This document shows positions 1 through 11,900 of a DNA stretch of 64,000 bases, in pieces. The number at the start of each line of letters is the position of its first letter. Positions within the stretch are counted from its first letter, which is position 1. The DNA comes from Scyliorhinus canicula. Lineage: Eukaryota. The stretch spans positions 205,191,974-205,255,973 of the forward strand of contig NC_052151.1 of NCBI RefSeq assembly GCF_902713615.1, in the 5' to 3' direction. A model generated the notes under the pieces. That model ran no database searches. It was given only the letters and a program-made list of their open reading frames with translations, and had not been told where the DNA came from. Made by a program: the position numbers and the translations under genes.

Positions 1-312
1 CCTCTTTACATCTTTCTTGCCTATCTATCTTTGTGTCATCAACATTTATAGTGACCATACATATTGGTCCCTTCATCCAAGTAACTATTATAAATGGTAA
101 ATAGCCGAGGACCCAGCACTGATCCCTGGGATCCAACAGTCAAACCTTGCCAACCTTGAAATGACGCATTTATTCCAATTTTCTGAGTGCTGACAGGCAA
201 CTAATCCTCTTTCCATATTATGTTACTCCTGACACCATGAGCTCTTATTTTGTACAGTAAACTTTGACATGGCACCTTATTAAATACCAGTTGGAAATCC
301 AAGTACACCACA
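1..312 (-). mobile_element. CR1-type LINE RT fragment
   Basis: Reverse strand resembles the CR1 RT region (gatttccaactggtatttaataaggtgccatgtc...cccagggatcagtgctgggtcctcggctatttaccatt, PQGSVLGP-like); boundaries approximate. Confidence 0.65.
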
Positions 313-532
313 TCCACTGGATTGGATTGGATTGGATTTGTTTACTGTCACGTGTACCGAGGTACAGTGAAAAGTATTTTTATGCAAGCAGCTCAACAGA
401 TCATTCAGTACATGGTAAGAAAAGGGAATTAAACAAAATTCAAAAGACAAGAAAGTTCCTCTTTATTCATGTTGTTTGTTACATATATGTTACCTGTGAT
501 TCCTTTCTCGCTATGCCAGCAGCTTCAGCCTA

Positions 533-945
533 CACCTCCTCTACCACAGCAGCTCCAGCCTCCACCCCACCCTGTCCCAGAACAGCTCTCGCCCCCACTC
601 CCTGTCCCAGAACAGCTCTCGCCCCCACTCCCTGTCCCAGAGCAGTTCCGGCCTCCACCCACTGTCCCAGAGCAGCTCCAGCCTCCACCCCTGTCTCAGA
701 GCAGCTCCAGGCTCCACCTCCTGTCCCAGAGCAGCGGCCTCCAGCCTCCAGCCTCCACCCCCTGTCCCAGAGCAGCGGCCTCCAGCCTCCACCCCCTGTC
801 CCAGAGCAGATCCACCTCCTGTCCCAGAGCAGCTCCAGCCTCCACCCCCTGTCTCAGAGCAGCTCCAGCCTCCACCTCCTGTCCCAGAGCAGCTCCGGCC
901 TCCACCCACTGTCCCAGAGCAGCTCCAGTCTCCACTGTCAGTCTC
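533..945. repeat. ~30-bp GC-rich minisatellite, ~13 copies (CCCAGAGCAGCTCCAGCCTCCACCCCCTGT)
   Basis: Tandem units directly visible; explains the Pro/Ser-rich ORFs here. Confidence 0.95.
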
Positions 946-999
946 TGTTGACTCAGCTGCTCTCACCTGAGGACAACGCCTCACAAGCACCTGCGCTCC

Positions 1000-1400
1000 C
1001 GCGAAATGTCCCGCCACGCCACGCCATTGGTTGGAGGCGGCGCCGAGGCCTCGGTCCTCCAGCTCCGCCCACCCTCTCCCTATTGGTCAATACTGACGTC
1101 ACCCACGGCATCGGCCAACCTCCGGGATAATGTGGTCTACGCTTTGGAACCTCTCGCGGTGACATATTGCCGAGGTTGGTCTCTCGGGTTTGTATTTTGT
1201 TTGATTCTCTCCATCTCTCCTCACGCCTCTACGCTAACCTCAAGCTCACTCGATTTGGGAAAACTCATTTTCCGTCCACAATTCGACCTTTCAATGTCCT
1301 TCCGCAGGAATCCAGCGCGCAGGCGCAGAGCCGGCCCTGTCGGTTCAGCTGACTGAGCATGCGCATTTCTCGGCAGTCGATCGCATATTTAAAGGGACAC
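1000..1400. promoter_or_regulatory. CpG-rich, probably bidirectional promoter
   Basis: ATTGG (CCAAT on -) at ~1026 and ~1082, CRE TGACGTCA ~1095, NRF1-like GCGCAGGCGCA ~1317 and GCATGCGCA ~1357, TATTTAAA ~1386; minus-strand donor CAG|GTGAGA at 967/966. Confidence 0.6.
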
Positions 1401-1645
1401 CTTCCCTCTCTATCTACTTACGTGTTAAAGGGACAGCGGCATTTTCTGAGAGACTGATTCCAGTACAGAGTGGATCTGGAGCAACATACCGGTAAAGCTA
1501 GTAAATTGTCTGTTGTGAATGGCAAGTTTTATTTATTGCTGATGGAAACGTGCTTTACATGGAAACAGACAGGAAGCTCAAATGAAGTACCAGGCCGATC
1601 TGTCTGATTTACACCATTTATCAGGACCTGAAGATTATTGGAAAA

Positions 1646-2431
1646 ATGGAAGAGAAGAAAAACACTTGCAGTGTGGACAAACTGTACACGTGTTCTATAT
1701 GTGGATGTAGATTTGAACGATCATCTCATTTGGAGAGGCACAAGTGTGACCAAACTGGGGTGAGGCCATGTAAATGTGTGGACTGTGGGAAGGGATTCGA
1801 TCATCCATCTGAACTGGAAGCTCATCGACACAGTCACACTGGGAAGAGGCCATTCACTTGCCCCAAGTGTGGGAAGGGATTTACTCAGTCATCCGACCTG
1901 CTGAGACACCAGCGAGTTCACACTGGAGAGAGACCGTTCACCTGCTCTGTGTGTGGGAAGGGATTCACTCAGTCATCTGACCTGCTGAGACACCAGCAAG
2001 TTCACAATGGGGAGAAACCATTTGCCTGCTCTCTGTGTGGGAAAGGATTTACTCAGTCATCAACTTTACTGAGACACCAGCAAGTTCACACTGGGGAAAG
2101 ACCTTTCATCTGCTCTGTGTGTGGCAAGGGATTTACTCAGTTATCGACCTTGCTGAGACATCGGCGAGTTCACACAGGGGAGAGACCGTTCACCTGCTCT
2201 GTGTGTGGGAAGGGATTTACTCAGTCATCTAACTTGCTGACACATCAGCGGCTTCACACTGGGGAGAGACCTTTTGTCTGCTCTGTGTGTGAGAAGAGAT
2301 TCGCTCACAGCTCCAAACTGCTGACACACCAGCGAACTCACACTGGTGAGAATCCATTCACCTGCTCCATTTGTGGGAAGGGATTCAGTCGATCATCCTA
2401 CCTGGTGAAGCACCAACAGGTTCATAAATGA
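1646..2431 (+). CDS. tandem C2H2 zinc-finger protein (8 canonical + 1 degenerate N-terminal finger), no effector domain in ORF
   Basis: Uninterrupted 261-aa ORF, CxxC-x12-HxxxH repeats with TGERPF/TGEKPF linkers. Confidence 0.92.
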   Translation: MEEKKNTCSVDKLYTCSICGCRFERSSHLERHKCDQTGVRPCKCVDCGKGFDHPSELEAHRHSHTGKRPFTCPKCGKGFTQSSDLLRHQRVHTGERPFTCSVCGKGFTQSSDLLRHQQVHNGEKPFACSLCGKGFTQSSTLLRHQQVHTGERPFICSVCGKGFTQLSTLLRHRRVHTGERPFTCSVCGKGFTQSSNLLTHQRLHTGERPFVCSVCEKRFAHSSKLLTHQRTHTGENPFTCSICGKGFSRSSYLVKHQQVHK

Positions 2432-2618
2432 CTGCACTGCTCCAATTCTAGAGGATCACTTGGTTGAGTGTTACTGAGAAAATGAGACATGCTTCTGCAG
2501 GTTTTCATCTTGTACTCATAAGGACAAATGGAAGAATCCCAACTGCAAAGGGAACGACAATTCATACCGCATCAGAAAAGGGGACTTATTGGTTAACAAG
2601 TCAACTTTGGTCATATGT

Positions 2619-2917
2619 GCGGCATGGTAGCACAGTGGTTAGCATTGTTACTTCACAGCTCTAGGGTCCCAGGTTGGATTCTGGCTTGGGTCCCTGTCTG
2701 TGCGGTATCTGCACTTTCTCCCCGTGTCTGCGTGGGTTTCCTCCGGCTGCTGTGTTTTTTTTCCCATGTCCCAAAAGACGTGTTGTTAGGTAATTTAGAC
2801 ATTCTGAATTATCCCTCCGTGAACCCGAACAGGCACCGGAATGCGGCAACTCGGGGATTTTCACAGTAACTTCATTGCAGTGTTAACGTATGCCTACCTG
2901 TGACAATAAAGATTATT
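2619..2917 (+). mobile_element. V-SINE (HE1-like), tail type B
   Basis: tRNA-like head with A/B boxes, V-domain ctccccgtgtctgcgtgggtttcctcc, tail ...gtgacaataaagattatta. Confidence 0.85.
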
Positions 2918-5191
2918 ACCATAGAGAATTCACCAATGATCAATTATCCCTCAGACCTTTGCTTAATTCATAAATGGCACAATGCCTGGACACGTTCTTT
3001 CTGCCTGCAGAGGACTAATTCCTGCTCATGGAGATATATATATATATAATATATATAAAGCTTCGAGGAAGCATAAGTGAGCCATATTGTGAGCTTGTTT
3101 GGTCATCTTAAATTGGTTGTTAGTGTAATTCTAAACACATCCAGTATTGTTCAACAAGTGTTGTTGAGTCACATAATCACATCTAATGGCCTGTTGAATT
3201 CTGAGTTTTTCAAGCATGAGTGAGCTGGTTGAGTATTGTCAGTACTCTACCTGATGTGAGCTGCCGATGAGACATGCAGTTTGATACTGTTATGACACCC
3301 TGGGCTAGTGCGTGGTCAATTCCAGTCCCATAGGCCCCGGAGTCCCAATACAAGTGAATTAACCAATAATTCATGCATAGTTTCTGAGATCTTTAACCCG
3401 TCTGCTCCAGGGAGTAGTAGGCACCAGATTTGTAAGCCTTCTTCAGCTCTGTCCAAAACAAAACGAACCTCAGAATGAGATTGGCCTGCCTGTGCTGTTA
3501 TCTTGTATCTTTAATGTGCCATCTTTCATAATGCTTTTTGGAAATCTAAATGCATTACGTTTACTGGTATCTTTTTATTTACCCTGTTTGGTAAATGCTC
3601 AAATAACTCTAATAAATTTGGCAAACACAATTTCTCTTTCACAAAACCATGTTTAATTTCTCTGTTTCTTTAATGATGGATTCCAGCATGTTCCCAATAA
3701 TAAATGTTTGGCGAAGTGGTTGTTTTGTCCCCCTCCTTTCTTGAATAACAGCATTACATTTCCGAGTTTCCAGAATACAGGAAATTTTGAAAGATTACAA
3801 CCAATGCATCCACCTCCTGTGCAGCCATTTCCTTCAGAAACCTGAGATGCAGTCCATCAAGTTGAGGAGACTTGTAATCACATAGTCCCATTAGTTTTCC
3901 TAGACATTTTTCTCCAGTGATTGTGGTTATTTTAAGTTGCTTCCTCTCTTTAACACCTTGATTTTTGGGATGCTTTTAGTGACGTCAACTGTCAAGACAT
4001 TTGTTCTTAAAAGTGCTTATCTTTGTTTGGCTGTCTTCCATCTCCTGAAACGATATTTTCACATTAATTAATGGGTGTTGGTGGCCAGGTCAACTTTTAT
4101 TGGCTTTCTATATTTGGCCTTGGGAAGGCAGTTGTGAGCTGTCTTCATGAACTGCTGCAGGCCCTTGTGGTGTCGGAATACCCACAGTGCTCTTAAGAAA
4201 GCAGCTGCAGGAGTCCGGGGGCCAACGTTGGGCTGGTAGAAGTGGTAGAGGGGCTGAAGACGATGCAGTCACGCAAGGCCCTGGGTCCGGACGGGTACCC
4301 AATGGAGTTTTATAAAGGTTTCTCAGGGGGGTTCTGGGGCCCCTGTTGGTAAGGATGTTTAACGAGGCAAGGAAACGGGGTGCTTCCCCCCTTCCCCTCC
4401 CCCCCCCCCCCCCCACACCCACTCACCCCCGACGATGTTGCAGGCCTCGATCTCTCTCCTTCTGAAGCAGAATAAGGATCTACATCAGTGTGGGTCATAC
4501 AGGCCAATCTCCCTATTAAATGTGAATGCCAAGATCTTGGCCTCGAGAACTGAGGATTGTGTGCCAGGGGTGATAGGGGAAGACCAGACAGGGTTCGTTA
4601 AGGGGTGGCACCTGACAGCAAATATCAGGAGGTTGCTAATAGTGATAATGATGCCCCCCCCTCCCCCCCCGAAGGACGAAAGGTAGAGGTGGTGGTTGCC
4701 ATGGACGCGGAGAAAGCCTTCGATCAGGTGGAGTGGGACTATTTGTTGGAGGTCCTGGGGCACTTTGAGTTTTGTCAGGGCTTAATGGACTGGGTCCAGC
4801 TGCTACATAAGGCGCCAGTGATGAGTGTGCAGACGAACCGAGGGAGTTTGGGTTATTTTAGGCTGTACCGGGATACAAGACAGGGATGTTCACTCTCCCC
4901 ATTGCTTTTTGCCTTGGCTATAGAGCGATGGCGGGGAGAGTGTCAAGGGACTGGCAGGGAATAGTACGGGGGGGGGGGGGGGAGCACAGGGTCTTGCTTT
5001 ACGCAGATGACCTGTTATTGCACATTTCAAACCCACTGGGGGGGAATTATGGGGATCCTAGAGGAATTCGGCCGGTTTTCGGGCTACAAGTGGAATCTAG
5101 GTAAGAATGAGGTCTTTCTGATCCAGGCGAGGGGGCAGAAGAGATAGGGAAGATGCCGTTCAAGGTAGTGGGGGAAGCATTCAGTATTTGG

Positions 5192-5279
5192 ACAGGGGAG
5201 GGGAGGGAATGCTGGAAAATCTCAGCAAACCTGGCAGCATCTGTAGGGAGAGAAAAGAGCTAACGTTTCGAGTCTGATC
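5192..5279. mobile_element. Penelope-like terminal-repeat fragment inserted in L1
   Basis: 10-bp TSD cagtatttgg (5182-5191, 5280-5289); same sequence as 12900-12970 and 18560-18695. Confidence 0.65.
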
Positions 5280-6012
5280 CAGTATTTGGGCATTCAGGTA
5301 ACGTGGGGGTGGAAGCAGCTGAATAAGCTGAATGTGGCTCGGTTGGTGGAACAGATGAGGGGGAATTTTAGAAGATGGGATGCGTTCCCGTTATCATTGG
5401 CAGGCAGGGTTCAGATAACAGTACTCCCGAGGGTCTTGTTTGTTTTCCAGAGCCTTCCAATCTTTATCCCCAAGGCATTTTTCTAGAAAGTGAATGCGAT
5501 GATCTCAGGATTTGTGTGGACGGGTAAAACCCTGCGGGTGAAGAAGGTATTGCTGGAGAGGGGGGGGGGGGGGGGGGGGGGGGGGGCGAGGGGTTGGTTC
5601 TTCTGATTGCTGGGCAGTGAACATGGCGATGGTCAGGAAGTGGGGGAGGGGTCGGTATGGAAGCGGATGGAGGCGGCCTCATGTAGGGACACAAGTTTAG
5701 GGGCACTGTTAACGGCGCCTTTGCCATTCTCGCTGGCCAGGTACTCCACAAGCCCGGTAGTAGTGGCTGTCCTGTGGGTGTGAGGACAATGGTGGCAGAA
5801 TATGGGCTGGAGGGGGCATCGGTGTGGGCACCGATCTGTGGAAATTCGGGGCAGTTGGATGGGTGGGTCAGGGGGTGACAGCGGCTGGGGATCAAGCAGC
5901 TTGGGGATTTGTTTATTTATGGGGACTTTCCGTGTTTGGAAGAGATGGAGGAGGAGTTTGAGCTGCCTGGTGGGAACAGGTTCCGCTACCTGCAAGTGAG
6001 GGACTGTGTGGA

Positions 6013-6365
6013 GGCAAGTATGGTAGCACAGTGGGGGCAGCACGGTAGCACATGACTAGCACAGTTGCTTCACAGCTCTAGGGTCTCAGGTTCGATTCCC
6101 AGCTTGTGTCACTGTGTGGAGTCTGTACGTTCTCCCCGTGTCTGAGTGGGTTTCCTCCGGGTGCTCCGGTTTACTCCCACAGTACAAAGATGTTCAGGTT
6201 AGTTGGATTGGCCATGTTATATTGCCCTTAGTGTCCACAAATGTCAGGTGAGGTTACTGGGATAGGATGGGGCTGTGGGCTTAGATAGGGTGCTCCTTCC
6301 AGGCGCTGGTGCAGATTTGATTGGCCAAATGGCCTCCTTCTGCACTGCAAACTCTATGATTCTAG
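6013..6365 (+). mobile_element. V-SINE (HE1-like), CR1-type tail A
   Basis: Head, V-domain, tail ggccaaatggcctccttctgcactg...ctatgatt. Confidence 0.85.
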
Positions 6366-6826
6366 GTATCGACATTCCCGGACCTACTGCGCCAGGGCTA
6401 CAGGATAAGGTGGTGTCGGGAGTGGGGGAGGGGAAGGTAGTGGGGGAGGGGAAGGTATCGGAGATCTATAAGGAGCTGATGGTACGGAAGGGAGCACCGA
6501 TGGGGAAGTGAAGCGAAAGTGGGAGGAAGAGCTGGGTGGGAAGCTGGAGGCTGGGCTATGGGAGGATGTCCTGAGGCGAGTTAATCCTCGTCATGTGCCA
6601 GGCTTAGCCTGATACAATTTAAGGTTGTCCACAGGGCGCAAATGACTGTGGCCTGGATGAGCAGTTCTTTGAAGGGGTGGAGGATAGGTGGGGGCAGTAT
6701 GTGGGCAGGCCAGCAAATCATGTCCATATGTTTTGGGAATGTTTGAAGCTTAGGGAATTCTGGCAGGGGTTTGCTGATGTCATGTCGGAGGTACTGAAAG
6801 TAAGGGTGATTCCGAGTCCAGAGTCC

Positions 6827-7154
6827 CTATTCCCATAACCCAGTAACCCCACCCAACACTAAGGTCAATTTTGGACACTAAGGGGAATTTATCACGGCCA
6901 ATCCACCTAACCTGTACACCTTTGGACTGTGGGAGGAAACCGGAGCACCCGGAGGAAACCCACGCACACACGGGGAGGATGTGCAGACTCCGCACAGACA
7001 GTGACCCAAGCCGGGATCGAACCTGGGACCCTGGAGCTGTGAAGCAATTGTGCTAACCATAATGCTACCGTGCTGTGTAATGGAATGCTGTCCACATGCC
7101 TGGATGAGTGTAGTTCCAGCAACATAAAGAAGTGCAAGACCATCCAGGGAAAAA
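6827..7154 (-). repeat. inverted duplicate of ~7831-8159 (partial V-SINE plus ~80 bp of its 5' flank)
   Basis: Reverse complement matches both the SINE and the non-SINE flank. Confidence 0.85.
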
Positions 7155-7911
7155 TGGTCCCTGGATTTTTGCTGTGTCCCAAGACCCGGGAGTCCCGGGG
7201 GCGAGAGAGACGGATGTCTTGGCTTTTGCCTCTGAGGTAGTGCAGAGACAGATTTTACTGACATGGAGGGACTTGGAGCTCCCGAAGACAGGGGTGTGGG
7301 TCAGTGACATTCGTTTCTCCGGCTCGAGAAGATTAAGTTCGCCCTGAGGGCATCGATGTCCGGGTTTGCCTGGAGGTGGCAGCTGTTTATTGTCTTCTTT
7401 GGGAAAAATTAAGCTGTCAGCAGTGTGTGTGTGTGGGGGAGGGGGGGGGGGGGGTTAAAAAGGGGCGGCCTGGAGGGTTGGGTGTGTGTTGTTTATTTTC
7501 TTACTTCGTTATCTTGTTAAAATTATAATATAAATGCCCAAATAAAAAATATTTTTTAAAAAAGGAAAACAGCTCCAAGATTTTGACGCAGCCACAATGA
7601 AGGAATAGCGAACAGTATGGTGAATTGTTTGGAAGTGAACTTCAAGTTGGTTGTATTCCCACGCATCTGTCTAGGTCCTTCAAGGTGGTAGAGCTCATGG
7701 GTTTTAAAGGTGCTGTCAAAGGAGTCTGCATGAATTGTTGCAGTGCAGCTTGTAGATGGTACACACGGCTGCCACTGCGCATTGGTGGTGCAGGGAGTGC
7801 TTTTGTGGAAAGGCTGCCAATCAAGCGGCTTTTTTCCCCCGGATAGTCTTGCGCTTCTTTATTGTTGCTGGAACTACACTCATCCAGGCAAGTGGACAGC
7901 ATTCCATTACA

Positions 7912-8258
7912 CAGCACGGTAGCATTATGGTTAGCACAATTGCTTCACAGCTCCAGAGTCCCAGGTTCGATTCCGGCTTGGGTCACTGTCTGTGCGGAGT
8001 CTGCACATCTCCCCGTGTGTGCGTGGGTTTCCTCCGGGTGCTCCGGTTTCCTCCCACAGTCCAAAGATGTGCAGGTTCGGTGGATTAGCCATGATAAATT
8101 CCCCTTAGTGTCCAAAATTGCCCTTAATGTTGGGTGGGGTCACTGGGTTATGGGAATAGAGAGGAGCTGTTGACCTTGGGTCGGGTGCTCTTTTGCAAGA
8201 GCCGGTGCAGACTCGATGGGCCGAATGGCCTCCTTCTGCACTGTAAATTTTATGATAA
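7912..8258 (+). mobile_element. V-SINE (HE1-like), tail A
   Basis: Head, V-domain, CR1-like tail. Confidence 0.85.
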
Positions 8259-8439
8259 TTTGTGTCTTGTGGATGTGGACAGGCTTTGGGGAGACTGGAG
8301 GCGAGTTACTTGCTAGAGAATGTCACCCCTGACCCGCAATTGTTAGTGCAATTCAGTTTCTGATTAATGTAACCCACAGGATGTTGATAGTGCCGAATTT
8401 GGTGATTGTAACACCATTGAATGGGGTGGTTTGCACTGT

Positions 8440-9040
8440 GTTGGTGAACTCTGTGTTAAACATCACCTGGTGTGGCTGAGGGGTCTTAATCTGCATGATG
8501 GCCTCTGCTGCATTTTGCTGTAGAGAAGGAACTGTGAACTGAGGTGCAGGATCCACTGGCCTGTTTTCTCTGGGCCTCTTTCTCAGCCAGCTGAGCTTTC
8601 CATTTCTTCTCTCCCAAGGCCCTTCCGAGCAGTCAGTTTCCAGAGCTGACAGCCAATGCCAGCTTTCTGCCAGCTTTCTGAGTGTCAATGCTCGCTCCCT
8701 TCACGTCCTGATTGTTGTGCAGGCCTGGGATGCCCGCAGGATTATTACCCAGTGGTTAGTTCACCGGGTGTCTGGGTTTACATTTGTCAACCGTCCAATG
8801 CATGTGACTGGGCCAGCACAGCACAGCCATCATGAAGTTTCAAACACGTGGATGTCGATGGAATTAGCATGCACCAGGGCCCCTGAGTAGGTGACTATGA
8901 AATGCTGAGGACACATCCTGAGACGGTTCAGCCTTTTCTCCTGACCAGTGAATGTTGTCCAGGTCTCACCACTCTAGAGGAGTGGGCTGAGGGCGGAGGC
9001 TTGGCGGGCTTACAGATTGCTTCTTGGTCAGGCTACTGTC
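8440..9040 (-). mobile_element. degenerate RTE-clade LINE 3' fragment
   Basis: Minus-strand remnants resembling LRWxGHV, GRP, LAEKxxxRK and terminal CSKCSR..SHxR motifs; heavily decayed. Confidence 0.5.
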
Positions 9041-9149
9041 TCATATGCTCTAAAAAGTTTATCTATTTAGATTTTTGTGTGTATATATATCTATAATTAA
9101 TAAATAATATATAAACACTTTAATGATAGTGTTAGTTTTGCCAATGACT

Positions 9150-9590
9150 CCGCTGTCCCTGAGCCAGCTGCAGTCTCCACTGCCAGCTCTGTACTGACTC
9201 AGCTGCTCTCACCTGGACCTGCTCGAGTGGATGTGACCCTTGCCCTCCGCAATGGGATCCCGTGTGTTGCATTTCAGCTCATGTGGCACACGCTGTGTCC
9301 TGTTAGTCCCAGTTATATTATCATTTTATTGTATTTTATTTGATTCCATCTCTCTCTCTCTCTCTTCTGCCCATTTTCTATCCCTACTTTATCTTGAGCT
9401 CACGGTTTGGAAAAAAATCACTTTCCATCCGGGGTGATTCAGACTCTTAACGGGCGCTTTCCCCAGGAGTCCAGTGCACAGCTGCAATGCCGACTCTTCC
9501 ACTGAGCATGCCCGGCACACGTCTCTGACCTGCATATTTAAAGAGAAATTGTTCCTCTGGGCTGCTGGAACACAAAGTGGCAGTGACATT
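9150..9590. promoter_or_regulatory. decayed paralogue of the 905-1420 promoter/first-exon region
   Basis: Shared blocks tgactcagctgctctcacctg, tttggaaaa, caggartccag, actgagcatgc, gcatatttaaag in the same order. Confidence 0.6.
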
Positions 9591-9732
9591 TTGATATAAC
9601 CCGATTTTAATGCAAAGAGGCAGAGCGAGCTTAATCAGAACTATTATAATGGAAGAAAGATTCGCCATTCTGAATCTCTTTCCTCTCCAATATTATGCAG
9701 ATTATAGATTCATGGTATTCACCATAAACAGC

Positions 9733-9893
9733 TTAGTAAGAAGTCTCACACCAGGTTCAAGTCCAACAGGTTTATTTGAAATCACAAGCTTTCAGAGCGC
9801 TGCTCCATCATCAGGTGAAAGAGCAGCACTGCAAAAATTTGTTATTTCAAATAAACTTGTTGAACTTTAACCTGGTGTTGAGAGACTTCTTAC
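9733..9893. mobile_element. short palindromic Penelope-like element with minimal hammerhead motif (9782-9818, -)
   Basis: Inverted arms agtaagaagtct...; minus strand TCAC-CTGATGA-T-GGAGC-AGC-GCTCT-GAAA-GC-TT-GTGA. Confidence 0.7.
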
Positions 9894-10009
9894 TGGACCC
9901 AATCCAGGCCACCACCGGCATCTCCACATCAGCATGTGCCAGGGATTTTGTGCTGCTAAAACATAGTGAAATAAGAGCATGATGAGGTAATTTGGTCCGC
10001 CATTCATTG

Positions 10010-10318
10010 ATAATCTTTATTATTGTCACAATTGGCTTACATTAACACTGCAATGAAGTTACTGTAAAAAAAAAAACCATAGTCGCCACACTCCAGCACG
10101 TGTTCAGGTACACTGAGGGAGAATTCAGAATGGCCTATTCACCTTACAAGCACGTCTTTCGGTACTTGTGGGAGGAAACTGGAGCACCCGGAGGAAACCC
10201 ACGCAGACTCGGGGAGAAAGTGCAGACTCTGCACAGACAGTGACCCAAGCCTTGAATCGAACCCAGGTCCCTGGCGCTGTGAAGCAACAGTGCTAACCAC
10301 TGTGCTACCATGCCACCC
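10010..10318 (-). mobile_element. V-SINE, tail B
   Basis: Reverse complement of the 2619 family. Confidence 0.85.
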
Positions 10319-10589
10319 TTCCAACTCAATAGGCTGATCCCACCTTCCGCCCGTATCCTTTAATCCCCTTTGCCCATAAAGTCTTCCCTCATTTAAATCT
10401 ATCAACATAACCCTCAATTTCCTTATCTTATATTTGTCTCGCTTTGTCTTAAATTTATCTATACACTAAACATTTTTATTCACTTCGACCACTTGCTCTG
10501 ATAGTGAATTCCACTTCCTCAAACTTCTTTGGCCAGAAGATGAGCTTCTAAGTACATATCTGCATGAAGACCACCTATTCCTTCTTCAG

Positions 10590-10920
10590 CATCGCCTGAC
10601 TTTACCCCTACTTCAGCTCATCTGTTTCTGAAACTTACATCCATGCAACTGTTACCTCTAAACGTAATTATTCGCACACACCCCTGGTTGGCGCCCATAT
10701 TCTATCCTCAGTAAACTAGAGATCATCAAAAACTCTGCTGCGCTTGTCCTCAGTCACACCAAGTCCCATTCCCCATTCATCCCTATGCTCGCTGATCCAC
10801 ATCAGCTCCTGATTGAGCACCACCTCAATTTTAAAATGCTGATCCTTGTCTTCCTTGATCTCGCCTCTCTGGAGAATCTCCTCCAACCCGGACCCCTCCA
10901 GGATCTCTGAGCCCAACAAC
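10590..10920 (+). mobile_element. L2-type LINE 3' fragment
   Basis: Homologous to 56480-57390; resembles L2 C-terminal region (QNSAA, PMLADPH). Confidence 0.6.
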
Positions 10921-11279
10921 TGTCCTACATCTTCACTGAAGCCTGGAACGGGGAGAAGGGAGGGGGGGGGGGGGGGGGGGGGGGATGAAGGGAAGCAATA
11001 TAGACTAGCTGCAATCTACAATCCACTTACATTACCAAGATACTGAGAAGGGATTAGAAACACTCACCAACCCAGAATATATCACAAGAGGAAAAGATTT
11101 TAGTCTCCCTTTCTAACCACCATAAAAAATGATTTGTCACATCCTCCTCTGTGGTGAATGATGGATTAAAGCATCAGCATTAAATATCAATCTTGGTTAA
11201 TTATAAATTATGTATTGTGACCCGGTTAGAATTGCAGCCAAAGAATTCCAATATAAAAATAGCGATTAATCATTTCAAC

Positions 11280-11900
11280 AACTCCAGTGCATTGGTTCTC
11301 TGCCAGTGTGTGATTCTTAATATGATTAACTGCAGTAACTACCTAAGAAACAACTGAGCCAACTCATGTGTCACCAGGTTGGACGACTTCTTTTTAAACA
11401 CGCACAGAATTGAAGAAGCCTCTCACCAGTTAGAATGCACCAATCGTGCAATAAACCCACTGAAATTTAATATCTGGACAATTTATAGATGGGAAAACTG
11501 ATTTGTTTATTTAGTTACAAAAGGAACATGGGAAAATTGAGTAAATCCATTCACACATATGAAGTATCTGAACGGTCTCTCTCCAGTGTGACTGTGCTGG
11601 TGTGTCAGTAAACATGATGTCCAAATGAATCCCTTTCGATATACAGCTGGTGAACAGTCTTACTGAATTGCGATTGTATCCACGTGTTCACTGCTCAGAC
11701 AGGCAACTGAATACCATCCGACAGCCCACATGAACTGCAGCATGTTTTATATACAGCCTGGGCCACAGTAAAAGCTCTAAAGTCCTTTACAATCCCCACA
11801 TTAACACAGGGTCGATTTTCCCTATACCTCTGCTTGTGTCTCCAATTTGATGCCCAGAAAACTGCCATAATTACCATCCAAACTGGTATATTTTTCCAAA
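11280..11900 (-). pseudogene. heavily decayed C2H2 zinc-finger gene relic
   Basis: Minus strand ~11568-11610 reads LTHQHSHTGERPF; further TGER-like (~11420), HTGREP (~11300) and CGDC (~11795) remnants; no open frame. Confidence 0.7.

Larger units (their letters stand above)
4214..7563 (+). mobile_element. 5'-truncated, frameshifted L1-clade LINE (ORF2 RT and C-terminus)
   Basis: YRPISLLNV, QTGFVKG, DAEKAFD, RQGCSLSPLLF, YADDLL motifs; A-rich tail; degenerate ~18-bp TSD aagaaagcagctgcagga/aggaaaacagctccaaga. Confidence 0.9.

Noticed and set aside
533-945. Possible CRISPR-like array
   Set aside because: Contiguous tandem units without unique spacers; eukaryotic context; no cas genes
264-1130. 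288-aa and overlapping Pro/Ser-rich ORFs
   Set aside because: Produced by the stop-free 30-bp minisatellite in several frames on both strands
3288-3440. TGTTATG-initiated segment resembling an LTR start
   Set aside because: No matching CA terminus or TSD found
5558-5586. Long poly-G/poly-C runs (also ~24465, ~26497, ~49546, ~53541)
   Set aside because: Homopolymer slippage or sequencing artefact inside repeats; poly-Pro/Gly translations are meaningless
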